The notes under the pieces were generated by a model. The model saw only the letters and a list, made by a program, of their open reading frames with translations. It was not told where the DNA came from and ran no database searches. A stretch of 63,599 nt of DNA, filler included, from Nemertoderma westbladi (Eukaryota; Animalia; Xenacoelomorpha), in assembly GCA_032718475.1 (NCBI GenBank). It is 3 parts of 3 records of this genome, joined end to end, with 100 filler letters (N's around TTAATTAATTAA, not from the genome) between each part and the next. Parts side by side here need not be neighbours in the genome. Positions count along the whole stretch, not along the records: positions 1 to 30,859 come from JAUCBJ010005566.1; 2 more parts are not named here. One strand, written 5' to 3'. A program made the position numbers and the translations under genes. This document shows, piece after piece, positions 10,587 to 21,635 of this stretch; position 1 is the first letter of the stretch, and each line of letters begins with the position of its first letter.

Positions 10587-11476
10587 CAAGGCCATCTACA
10601 GTAAACAACAGGCACATGGACCTAGCCTTCAAAATTATCGTAGGCTGACTGTGCTGATTATGGTACCTAAACTGTGCCTAACTAACAGCCTAAGCTATAT
10701 ACTGTTAGGTATTGGGGTTTGGAATGACAAATGATCCACTTGTTTTAACATTGAATCCCCTTATTTATTGTAAAACCATCTGAAATATCCACAAATGTCG
10801 CTCCATTACTCAGTTACTGTCTGAAACGCTTCCGACAGTCCGATGTATCTGGACCCGAGCAGCCGAGTTGCATGTGATACAAGATGTGATTAACGGAGGA
10901 ATAAATACTACGGAATTGCTTGCTTGTCAGTAAGATTCTATTTACTACACTGGGAATTCGGCGGACGTCGGATCGTAATCGGAAGTTCCTAATGCCTCAC
11001 TCCGGCCTCCCACCTTCAGACCTTGGAGTGCGGTGGGGTGGAAAGAGTCCGACTTACGTCGACGACAGGACGAATCGACGAGAATTGCGATCTGGGTTTA
11101 GCGGCGGCCCGGAGCCTGGGGGAAATGGTTGAACGTCGGCAGGTTGGGCAGATTTTTTTGATAGACTACATGTGTACCAAGTTTGGTTCCATTTCATCCA
11201 TGATTGATTGGCTTATTAGCGTTCAAACATTCCTGCCACAAACATAGCCAGAGGCAGCCACAAACAAATAAAAGCTGCAGGAACTCGAGCGATCATTAAT
11301 TAATTAATTAATTATTAAATACTGTTTCAATTAAATTCTTTACGAAAATCTACTTATCTTCTTTTAAATATGGACCCTGCATTCGTGGAAAATATAATAT
11401 TTGATAATTCAGCAGTCAGCCTACAATAATTTTGCAGGTTAGGTCCTTGTCATGGCCTGTTATTTAGATGGCCTTG
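10587..11476. mobile_element. Non-autonomous DNA transposon (P- or hAT-type, 8-bp TSD)
   Basis: Imperfect TIR of about 70 bp (CAAGGCCATCTA...TAGATGGCCTTG). The identical 8-bp flank TACTGCAT occurs at 10579-10586 and 11477-11484. Confidence 0.85.
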
Positions 11477-11937
11477 TACTGCATCTAGGCGTACTGCTAC
11501 TGTAGGAGCACTGATCCACGAAGCTAAGGAAAATCAACTACTTTCGCTAAGAAAGATTTTCCTTAGCTGAGATGGTGTATTCATACTGTAGTGGGCCCTT
11601 TTCCTTGTGTGGAGCAGATCTACAGTATGCCCTTTTTGATCGCTGCCAAAACTATCGGAAAAACGCCAAGTCTAGGAAACGGATAATGTTGGCAAGGCCA
11701 ACATTAATTACCATTCTTGCGATTCTTCACAAATTTAAACATTCACAACACCCTTCTGATTTTTGGTTTTCAACGTATCACCGTAAATTCAACGTAAATA
11801 TATTAGAACGTATCAACGAAATCAGCTAAAATTTTCTAAATACCATTTTTTCATAAATATTAACAAGTGGTGAAAATTTCATCAAAAATCTCCGACCCTT
11901 GCCACACCCATTGGTCGAGCTTGAAAAGAATGACTCA

Positions 11938-12240
11938 GTCTTGAATAGGCTTTCCAGGATTTGGAAGTCACCGAGAATTAATCGTAAACTTAAGGTCCGA
12001 TCATTTAGAGCAGCAGTTAGTTCCAGTACTCCTCTATGGGAGTCCATGCTGGGCTCTAACTGCTGAGGACACCAAATCTCTGGATGGCACATTTACAAGA
12101 ATGCTACGCCGGGTTCATTGTGTCAAGTACAATGCACACATCCCCAACCAGACACTATATAACATTGGAGGTGTCTCATTGGTTCCCCAAGCTTGACACT
12201 AGAACAAAATCGCCTCCGCTTTGCAGGACATTGCTTTTGG
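11938..12240 (+). pseudogene. Degraded RTE-clade non-LTR retrotransposon 3' fragment
   Basis: Near-identical to the inverted copy at 30225-30715, which encodes KLKVRLFRAAVVPVLLYG and RLRFAGHC. Confidence 0.75.
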
Positions 12241-12508
12241 CTTATACTGTACCATCAACATTATTATTTTTGAGCCAAGATCTAAGGGTTAAGCTGTTTA
12301 GTTAAGCCTTCATGCCAAGAAGAACACAAGTACGCCATGTGAAACTATGCAAAGAAGAGCAAAGAAAATGCACGGAGTACACTTCCACTGTCCACTCTTT
12401 TATGTACCCCACAAATAACTCTCTATTTTGTGTGTGGGCTGTATGCTGAAAAAAATAGTTTAAAAAAGTATTTTTTCACTGATTTCAAAATCCCGCTAAA
12501 AAGCCGAC

Positions 12509-12782
12509 TTTTTAGGTCCGTGTAGCGAGACCTCTACTATTACACTCCGTTGTTGTTGTTGTTGTTAGTGGTGTTGTTAATATCTCGTTAGGTTTTGGTA
12601 TTAAGGCTTAATACGGCCCCAGTGGCTCAATTGGCAGAGCGTATGACTTGGAGTCTTTAGGTACCGAGTTCAATCCCATATTCCGGTGAATTTTTGTTGT
12701 TGTAAGATTGGTAGTAAGCCATTTAAGGAGATATTTCATGCGTTAGAAGACGCGGACCTTTGCGCGATTTCGCGCTTGGTTA
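12509..12782 (+). mobile_element. Helentron-associated (HINE/DINE-1-like) non-autonomous element containing a tRNA-like segment
   Basis: Subterminal inverted repeat AGGTCCGTGT / ACGCGGACCT, a 3' hairpin GCGCGATTTCGCGC, T-rich flanks and an internal (GTT)n tract. Confidence 0.55.
12615..12688 (+). pseudogene. tRNA-derived sequence (SINE head or tRNA pseudogene)
   Basis: A box TGGCTCAATTGG and B box GAGTTCAATCC; the acceptor and anticodon stems pair poorly. Confidence 0.6.
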
Positions 12783-13349
12783 AACTAATTTTAACATTAT
12801 TTTTATTTTTATTTTTTAATTTATAATATATTTATAATATTATTTATAAAATTTTATTTATTTTATGAGAAAAGCAGATTTTTCGAATGAAATTTTTTTA
12901 ATCATGAAAACGATTAATCTAAAACATACTGAATAGTTGTTAGGTTCCACAAATTATCTTTTAATTTGTAGTTCACAGTTTTGCGGGGACCCTATAATGC
13001 TATAAATAATATAAAACAACAGACATGCAGTTAGCAGGATATTGCATGGTAGGCTTACCATGGCATATGGCCTACCAGCCTACTACTATCATAGGCCATG
13101 GTACTATGACGACTGTCACTGTACTTCTGTACTAATTTAATTAACGTCCTTACTGCAGTACTGCCTTCCTTCAGTACTGCAGTACTGGGTAGGGTACAGT
13201 TGTAGTGTAGTACAGTACTGCAGTCAGGCATCAGGCAGTATTCAGCCCACGTCGGCCACAGGCTGCACAGCAACATAATTTACATTCTTGTTTGATTACT
13301 GGATTAGCACAGTACTGCAGTACAGCAGTCTGGCAGTACTGCAGTAGCA

Positions 13350-14810
13350 ATGTCTAAAAGAATTCAAATCAACACAACATCTTCATTGTTGAGTTTAAAA
13401 TCGGAGCTACTACGGAAGCAGAACCTGTTACATCAAACTAAACCGAAAACTGGAGCCTCGAATGATTCACCGGGGTCCCTGCGAATCGCTGGTTGCAAGA
13501 GAACGGGAAACAAGGTAAAAAACCCAAAGAAAGAGAAATCAAATCTAGAAGTAGAGCAACTTAATGAATTGCAGAGGTCCAGGGAAATATTACAAGCGAA
13601 ATCGCAACTTTACGATAAAATAGCGAGCGGGAAAGAGGCGCTCAGTGATGAAACGCAAGAGTTGTTTTTGGTTGACTTCGACAAAAAAAGAAACGAACAA
13701 CATTTTCGAAGTGACAAGGAACCCGCTGTTGAGGATTCCGTTGGATGTAAACCGCAATCGTCTGACGTCTCAGAGATCGCAGCATCTAATTCTAAGGGCT
13801 TTGGGGTTTCCCAGTCGGAAGCAAAGTTGCCTTTGGAAGTCGATGGTGATGGGAGTGGGACAGTAGACGAGGAGGTCCATTACCAGGAACTGCGGCAGAA
13901 GGAAGCTCGGGATTTAGGCGTCGGATATTTTGAGTTTTCGTCGTCGGAGAGGGAACGTCGAGAACAACGTGAAACGTTGGATCGTCTGAGAGACGAAACG
14001 GTGAAGAACCGCCGCAGAGCGGGCGAGATGAGAGCGAAACGGGCGACGTTGATGAGAGAGAGGCTGGAGAGAGTTCGGAAGAGGAAGCAGGAGAGAGGCG
14101 AGGAAGTGGGGGAACTGCCGAGTTCGGTTGACGAGGTTGTTATCGAGGAAGAGAAGGAAGTAGATGAACTAAAACCCGACGAGAGTTTGCGAGAGAGAGC
14201 GGTTGATTCGGGGCGGGCGTGGGATTACAATAAAGTGAAGACGATGAGACGATCGCATGAGGAATGGTTGGAAAGAGAACGGGAGGAGCGGGCGGAGGAA
14301 TTCGCTCCTCCGTTAGAGTTTTACAGGGAGGTTGCTAGGCAGCCGATGGTCCATAGGTACACAAACAATAAATCGGATACAACTAATATTAGTTCAAACA
14401 AACCTCGTGCCGGAATCGAACAACAGACCTCATCCAGGGATACCAACCCTTGTAATAAATACTCCAACCAATCACAGACCTCATCCAGGGATACCAACCC
14501 TTGTAATAAATACTCCAACCAATCACAGACCTCATCCAGGGATACCAACCCTTGTAATAAATACTCCAACCAATCACAGACCTCATCCAGGGATACCAAC
14601 CCTTGTAATAAATACTCCAACCAATCACAGACCTCATCCAGGGATACCAACCCTTGTAATAAATACTCCAACCAATCACAGACCTCATCCAGGGATACCA
14701 ACCCTTGTAATAAATACTCTAACCAATCATTAACGAATTCATTATTCTCACCACCAAACGAATATTACAATAGAGATTCTAGAATGTTTCCGAAGCAAAA
14801 TTGGAAATGA
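13350..14810 (+). CDS. CCDC174: CCDC174-like coiled-coil protein, intronless
   Basis: N-terminal SSLLSLKSELLRKQ, then SREILQAKSQLYDK, FLVDF, VHYQEL..EARDLGVGYFEFS and ERAEEFAPP. Confidence 0.85.
   Translation: MSKRIQINTTSSLLSLKSELLRKQNLLHQTKPKTGASNDSPGSLRIAGCKRTGNKVKNPKKEKSNLEVEQLNELQRSREILQAKSQLYDKIASGKEALSDETQELFLVDFDKKRNEQHFRSDKEPAVEDSVGCKPQSSDVSEIAASNSKGFGVSQSEAKLPLEVDGDGSGTVDEEVHYQELRQKEARDLGVGYFEFSSSERERREQRETLDRLRDETVKNRRRAGEMRAKRATLMRERLERVRKRKQERGEEVGELPSSVDEVVIEEEKEVDELKPDESLRERAVDSGRAWDYNKVKTMRRSHEEWLEREREERAEEFAPPLEFYREVARQPMVHRYTNNKSDTTNISSNKPRAGIEQQTSSRDTNPCNKYSNQSQTSSRDTNPCNKYSNQSQTSSRDTNPCNKYSNQSQTSSRDTNPCNKYSNQSQTSSRDTNPCNKYSNQSQTSSRDTNPCNKYSNQSLTNSLFSPPNEYYNRDSRMFPKQNWK
14424..14729 (+). 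repeat. Coding 51-bp tandem repeat, 6 copies (QTSSRDTNPCNKYSNQS)
   Basis: Near-perfect copies of CAGACCTCATCCAGGGATACCAACCCTTGTAATAAATACTCCAACCAATCA. Confidence 0.95.
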
Positions 14811-15298
14811 TTTAAACAACTTATAAATTAACTTATTACTGTATTTTGCAGAATAAGTAAAAAAAAATGTCCAGGTAAATTATATTTCTCGTATTGCATT
14901 TTAAATTTGGATGCGTATATCCTTATTGTTACTCTAAAGTAATTACTTTGACTTTCCATGGAATGCATTATGTATTCTTATTGTTACCATATTGCGGGAA
15001 AGTTGAAAGACAACCATCTCAAAACCCCGATTGATACTCGTTGCTAAGTTGTAGGCAGATATTTAGAGTTTGTTTTTAGATTTTTTTTTACAATTGTATG
15101 AATAATAATTATTTTATCCATTAATCAGCAATATCAGAAAATGTCATGTGTACTATTTTAATTTCCTATCTCATTAATATATCAATAATAATATCTTACC
15201 AATAGGTTTCTTTTATTTTTTATCATAAATCAGAGATAAGTTATCCTTAATAGGATCTTATATAGTAAGAAATATTTCATTTTTACATTTACTAAACA

Positions 15299-15928
15299 AT
15301 GGACGTACGGAAACATAATTGCGTTTACACGAGTCAATATTGTGAGGAAAATGTTTGGAAGTTGTGCGAATACTTGAGGGATCAAGGCGACCAGCTGGAT
15401 CACTGGTGGGTCGTGTTCATATCGAATGGGGATCAACGGTTTCCGATTTGGTGTCATAAGGAAGACAAAGATAAAGTGGTGGTCTGGGATTACCACGTGA
15501 TATTAATATATAAAGAAGATTTAAAAACTGCTAGGAATTTGGAATCTATGGTCTACGACCTGGACTCAACCCTTCCGTTTCCAGTTAGGTTTAGCGAATA
15601 TTTCTCAAGAGCTATTCGAGCTGAAACATTTATGGGGGAGTTTGTGTGCGAGTTTAGAAGATTGTTCCGATTAGTCCCTTTGGATATTTACTTGGAGAAC
15701 TTCGCTTCTGATAGGTCGCATATGAAGACGTCCACCGGCGATTGGTTGGCATCCCCACCCAGCTATCCTCCAATCAGAACCCAGTCACAGACAATGAATA
15801 TCTACAGCTACATAAACATTAATCAAGAATCAGCCCCTTTTACCGGTAGCACAGTATCCCCTCAAACTGAAAGTAAATATGGACGAGTAATAAATATGAA
15901 TAAGTTTTATAATTTCTTTTCATTGTAA
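15299..15928 (+). CDS. NTAQ1: Protein N-terminal glutamine amidohydrolase (WDYHV1), intronless
   Basis: Motifs YCEENVWKLC, WDYHVI, YDLDSTLPFP, FASDRSHM and PPSYPPI; the Cys-His-Asp triad motifs are present. Confidence 0.96.
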   Translation: MDVRKHNCVYTSQYCEENVWKLCEYLRDQGDQLDHWWVVFISNGDQRFPIWCHKEDKDKVVVWDYHVILIYKEDLKTARNLESMVYDLDSTLPFPVRFSEYFSRAIRAETFMGEFVCEFRRLFRLVPLDIYLENFASDRSHMKTSTGDWLASPPSYPPIRTQSQTMNIYSYININQESAPFTGSTVSPQTESKYGRVINMNKFYNFFSL

Positions 15929-16294
15929 TCAGTAATATAATATTATTTATATTAGACAAAACCTACGGTTTTTTTTGCTAACTGTCTTTTTTCAGAGTTT
16001 TAATAATCACGTTGATTTGTTTTGACACTTTAAGTCGATGAACCATAACATCCACTCACTTGAGTTTCCCATTCAAACGCAAGAATTTCATAAATCACCT
16101 TTCCCCCCCCCCCTCCCCCTCCAACGTTCTAGAATAATTACAATATTTGTTTACATTTTGTCTCACGGCCTTCAATGTGTGAAGTGTAAACCCATAGAGG
16201 CAATTAATAAATTAATTGGAAAGTGTTTTGGATAGAATACATTGTGTCATAGGATTATTGGCATTTTGGGCGAGTGTGTGATTTCATATCTAAG

Positions 16295-16410
16295 TCGGCA
16301 ATGACGGCCAGCTGGGATCGAACTGGTGACCTCCAGGTTGAAATTCGGACGATCTAACCAGGCGGCCGGAAGTTTGAAACCTAGGTACCGGGTTCGAGCC
16401 CCAATAGGGG
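16295..16410. pseudogene. Two back-to-back tRNA/SINE-head fragments
   Basis: Minus-strand B box CAGTTCGATCCC at about 16314-16325 and plus-strand B box GGGTTCGAGCCC at about 16390-16401. Confidence 0.45.
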
Positions 16411-17509
16411 CGGTTGATATTTTTAGCTATGGAGAGCATTATCATAATAATGTAGTATAACATATATCCAGTATGTCTCCGCGTCATTTTTAGGTTGTTC
16501 TAGAAAGTTTAAGTGCATAACTACAAATAATTCATCAGAAATAAATAAAATTAGACTCGCCATTGTTCATAATTAGCACTTTAAAAGCTTTTACGGCCCT
16601 CGTTTTGTTATCACGCGTGTCGTAACGCTATAAAGTGCTATATTATGAACAACGACGTATATATAGTTATTATAACGTTAGTTATTATAATGTTATTATA
16701 TTATAACTTTTGCTTACGAAGCGGTGCTTAAGAAGAAATCCCTAACGTGAATATTGAATAGGCCTACCACTCGTTTTTCGGTCAATTTAGTTGATGAATT
16801 TAATCTGTCAAATTAAATCCACCACCAAATTAAATACACATAGATTTTAATTTATAGTTATATACGTAATTGCTGTCATAAATAGTCTTAGGGTTAATAC
16901 GTAGCAGTTGGGAGTCAATGCATTGGCGAACTAGAATCCTCGTTATTATCCGAGGGTGGGGAAGTCATCCGTACTCTCTATCTTTGGAGGCCCTTTCTTC
17001 CTTCTTTGTGGGAAGCTGGGACCAGAATCCGTGGCGCCCCCTGCCGGCCGATTCCTCAACCCGGGAGGTACGTAACAACGGGGGGGTGGAGGCGTGGAAG
17101 TGGGGTTGCTTGGGGTTTCCGGCTTGGCGTCAGTTTTGGGGGTGGGAACGGCTTCTTCTGAACTGGGAACTGAAAACAGAAAAGTTGTAAAGGAAATATA
17201 TTCGATTATAATATGCAATTCCTTACAGGAAATATATATAAATGGTAAAAACAGCTTATTTACAGATATTCATCCGCATGAGACTGAGACGCCGAGACTA
17301 CCTGCTACTAAATTGCGAGGGAGGGGTGTTAACAAAAACGTTACCATGTGTTACAACAAGAGGGGAGTGAGTAAAAATACATATGGTTAAGTTAGTGTGC
17401 CCAGATATAAATTGGTCACATGCAATATCTATCACTAAGTGGCTTGCTTGGTTACTATACTGTAAGGACAGACCTTGTATATTGAATTTTATTGTATTAA
17501 ACGTGTTGG

Positions 17510-18976
17510 GAAGTGGAAAAATCACTTCAGCAACTTGCTTGGGCAGCCACCAAACATCGAGGTCAGCCCTACAAGGAAAATATATGACAAGACACCAGCT
17601 ATAGAAACAGGGGACTTCACTCCTGCGAACTCCAAAGAAGCATTAAAAGCATGTCCAATAATAAAGCGAGTGGATTAGATGAAATCCCAGCGGAGGTATG
17701 GAAAACAGTGCTAAACAGACCATTATTGAATGTTTGCAACCGGATGTTAAAAGGGGACTAAAGCCACCACCAATTTGGACTAAAGGTCAACTCAAGCCTC
17801 TCCCCAAGAAAGGATACCTCGGTATACCAACAAACTATCGTGGGATCTGTCTGCTTGTGGTAGCTTCCAAAATATACAATAAAATGATTCTATATAGGAT
17901 TAGGCCTCACATAGAGAAACTACTGCGTAAGAGCCAAAACGGATTTCGACCAAATAGATCAATAATAGCTCACGGTTCACGGCTTACACTACGGAGACTG
18001 ATTGAAGGAATCAAGTCAAAGAATCTCCCCGCAGTCATGACTTTTGTGGACTTCAAAAAGGGTCGAATGCAGGCGGCATTTGACTCCATCCATAGAGGTA
18101 AAATGCTTGAAATCCTAAGAGCTTATGGAATACCAGAAGTAATTGTTGCTGGCATTGGATTGTTATATTGTGACACAGAAGCACAGGTACTCTAACCAGA
18201 TGGTGAAACTGAGTTTTTCTCAATCCTGGCTGGCGTACTGCAAGGTGACACATTAGCACCATTACTATTTGTAATTGTACTGGATTACGCAATGAGGACG
18301 GCCACAAAGGGTGAAGATCTGGGATTCACACTTCATTCATGACTTTTAATGTTGATGGAAACTTGAAAACCATTGATAATAATCAACTAAGGAAGGTCGA
18401 CGACTTCCAGTACCTAGGATCATGGACAGAGAGTAGCAAAAAGGACATAGAAGTTAGGAAAGCAAAGGCTTGGGTAGCTCTATCAAAAATGGATACCATC
18501 TGGAAATCAGATCTCTCCAGGCACCTGAAGACTAAGTTCTTTCGAGCCACAGTGGAAAGTGTATTATTATACGGGGGTGAGACCTGGACACTAACTAAAT
18601 CACTCGAACAACGAAATGATGGTTGCTACACAAGACTACTAAGGGCAGCGCCAAACATCAGCTGGAGACATCACATGACAAACGCCGAGCTTTATGGTAC
18701 AATACCACCTTTATCAACCACCCTCCGTGAACGCAGATTAAGATTCAGCGGGCACTGCTGGCGAAGTAAAGACGATGTCATAACAGATTTACTTTTCTGG
18801 CAACCAACTCATGGAAAGCGTAGTCGTGGACGACCGGCCATAACATATATAGATCAACGTGAAAGGGATACTGAACTTGGGAGAAACGAAATTGCGACAA
18901 CTATGGAGACTCGGGAAGCCTGGAAGGATCTCATTTCCACTGTCCGAGTTCGCTCGACCTAGTAGTAGTAGTAGTA
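17510..18976 (+). mobile_element. 5'-truncated, internally deleted RTE-clade non-LTR retrotransposon
   Basis: RT motifs PLPKKG..NYRGI, QNGFRPNRS, FVDF..AFDSIHR and GVLQGDTLAP; C-terminal YLGS, VESVLLYG and RLRFSGHC. Frameshifted, lacks the YADD segment, ends in a (TAG)n tail. Confidence 0.9.
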
Positions 18977-20235
18977 TTAAAATTGTTAAAATTTAATTGC
19001 ATATTAATGCTATTGTACCATCAATTATATTCTTTGTTTAATATTGACATTGACATTATATGACATTTTTAGCGAATTAGCCCCTGAAATACCAATCTCT
19101 TATCTCTCCAAACCACGTACGCGTTTCTACGTTACTGTGTGTCATAACCAAGCATGGTGTCGGATTCCAACCTGGGACCTCGAGGTGGAAGCCGACAAAA
19201 CAACCTGATGGAATACTGTTAAATTTAGAGCCAGCTGCCATTTTATTAGCCACAGATTTTTGTTAATTATACTAACAAAGTGTTGGCAAGCTGTATTTTC
19301 GAGGTTTTACAAAAATTACGCGATGGAATGGACCAGTCCCAGTTATTAATACCATTTTTGTACTTATTGTAGGGCGAGTCACGGAAGTAAGCGAGCTTAG
19401 CATACGGGTAACAGTTCAATCGTTGCGTCTGTTGATCTGTTATACTGTTCTGCCGTGTCCCATTTTAAACGTTAATAACTCGGCCAATCCTCGATGAAAT
19501 CTAACCAAACTTGGTACACATGTTTTTTGGCAAAACTTTAGAAATTTTCTTAAGTTGAATTTGCGTGTGGCCTTCGAGAAGCTAAGATAAAAGCAGTTAA
19601 TTAGTTAATTAAGTTGATTGCAGTAAAAAACAGCATTTTCAAGCCTGTACTTTAATGTAAATTAATTATTTTATAGTAAAACATTTAAATAATTATACTT
19701 AAAAAATATACAGCTGCTGTATGTAATCCCCATACCCAATTCCACTATAGTTTTTAATTAGCTCAAGTGATTTGCTTTAATAAGAAATGTGTCTTTAATT
19801 GATCTAAACGTGGGCTTCGCGCAGCACGAGGCTCAGATATGAGATACAAATTAAAATCGACCAATGTAATCACAAAATCGGTATTTATGAAATTTAACCA
19901 ACCGCCAATAAATCACAAAAGATGGGAAAGTACCTCCCCTTCAACCCCCCTCTTAATCTGCACCACCCCGACATAATTTTATGGTGCCAAAAAAAATAAT
20001 AACATATTTTTTTGTATATCCTGCACCTATTACATGTATTATTGCAAATTTACAGGGTCGTTTGTAATTCTGAGGCAGAAAATAAGTCGTGTTGCTTTTA
20101 AGCAACAGAGTGCAGTAAAGGTACTGGGAGACTGATCAGAGAGTGCAATTTTAAGTTTTCCGTTTGTATGATGTAAAAAAGCCTTTTTGTTTCTCACTTC
20201 TAAGTAAATTCTTGATTGTTATAGAAAGATAGGTA

Positions 20236-21030
20236 CTTAGGGAGTAGATGTGGTGCAGCCACCTCAGGGGAGTAGATGTTGACCATTGGGGAGGGGAGTA
20301 GATGTGATGCAGCCACCATTGGGGGAGTTGTGGTTGGACTGTACTGTACATAGACGCAGAATTGGCACTCGAAACATCGGTAATCCGGCCCTATGGACAG
20401 ATGTTTGACCCACGTATAGCACATTCGGTATTCTGGCTTATTATTAGATATTTTCGGATAAAATTATAAAATTAAATGAGCCCACGCCCCAGTGAGCACC
20501 CTGAACTACAGGTCTGTCGGCTGATAAGGCTTCATTAATTGAGTAATATAATTGATTCTACCCTACTGGAGAGAGTAGCCCTGGTGAGGTTACTCATTTG
20601 CCACAGTTAGCGACAGCTGTACGCCCGAGAATAAGTTCGTTTATAATATAATAATAATTATAATAATAATTATAATATTATAATAAGTTCGTTCGAATAA
20701 GAATCGTTTCTTCCGCTGTTCGCGGGGGTTTAGCAGTGGTTGGCGGACCTTAGTGGGAAGACTACTGTATAAAATTAGTACCAGTAGTTGAGACCGCGTT
20801 TAGAACGGCTCGACTTATTAGACCTTCGAACCCCTGGATTTAAGTGCACCCAGCGAAGATTTTCTAGACTCTCGAGATCCGAAGTGAGAACATTTGTGGA
20901 TTCGGTTCTTATCTTTACAGGTGTTGACCATTATGCCTTAGGACAACATAGGGGAGTAGATGTGGTACAGCCACCATTGTGGAGTAAGCCTAGATGCGGT
21001 GCCGCTACCATTGGGGAGTATATATGATAC
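20236..21030. repeat. Clusters of short GGGGAGTAGATGTGGTGCAGCCACC-like repeats
   Basis: Copies at about 20240-20330 and about 20950-21020. Confidence 0.6.
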
Positions 21031-21635
21031 AGCCAACATTGGGGGTCGATTTTTTGTCGCACTGTGTTGCTTTTAAGCAACGTGTTGAGAAAACACGGAA
21101 AATTATAAGATGTTGGTACTTTTTGGCATATTTCACAGTATTGACAGCCTTTTATTACCAAAAAAACATAATTTACATTTTTTTCATTAAAAAAAGTAAT
21201 ATAAAAAGTAATATATTAAGTATATTTTAGTCGTGGAGGCGACCCAATTTGTATTTCTGTAGAAGTATTATTGTATTTGATGGTATTTCTGTGAAATGTT
21301 CTTAAAAATTACATTATTATTTTGTGTGTCCATAGAATCGTCAAACATTTTTCACTGAGTCAACAGGGTAAATTAATTTAATTTCATTACTACATCGACA
21401 TCGGCATAATATAATTTTCAATATTTCTGACAAATTGAGACGCTACAATCTGCAAACTTAATATAAAACACAAATTCACTGTCAATCTGTTATCAATATC
21501 ACGTACTACAGTTTAATACTGTCTTTGCCTTATGGGTTGGGAGGCAGATTAAAAGGGGACCCCTTTCTTTTATTGAATGGAGATTTTGTTAAATTTCTGA
21601 AACAAAGATAGAATCACTCAATTTTAATTTGTGTC

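Noticed and set aside
12615-12688. Functional tRNA genes here, at about 16300-16410 and at about 51743-51818
   Set aside because: Only the A/B boxes and partial arms are retained; acceptor and anticodon stems do not pair properly.
14321-14733. Overlapping and antisense ORFs within CCDC174, and similar shadow ORFs over the other genes
   Set aside because: They are explained by the stop-poor coding repeat or by antisense shadows of real CDSs.
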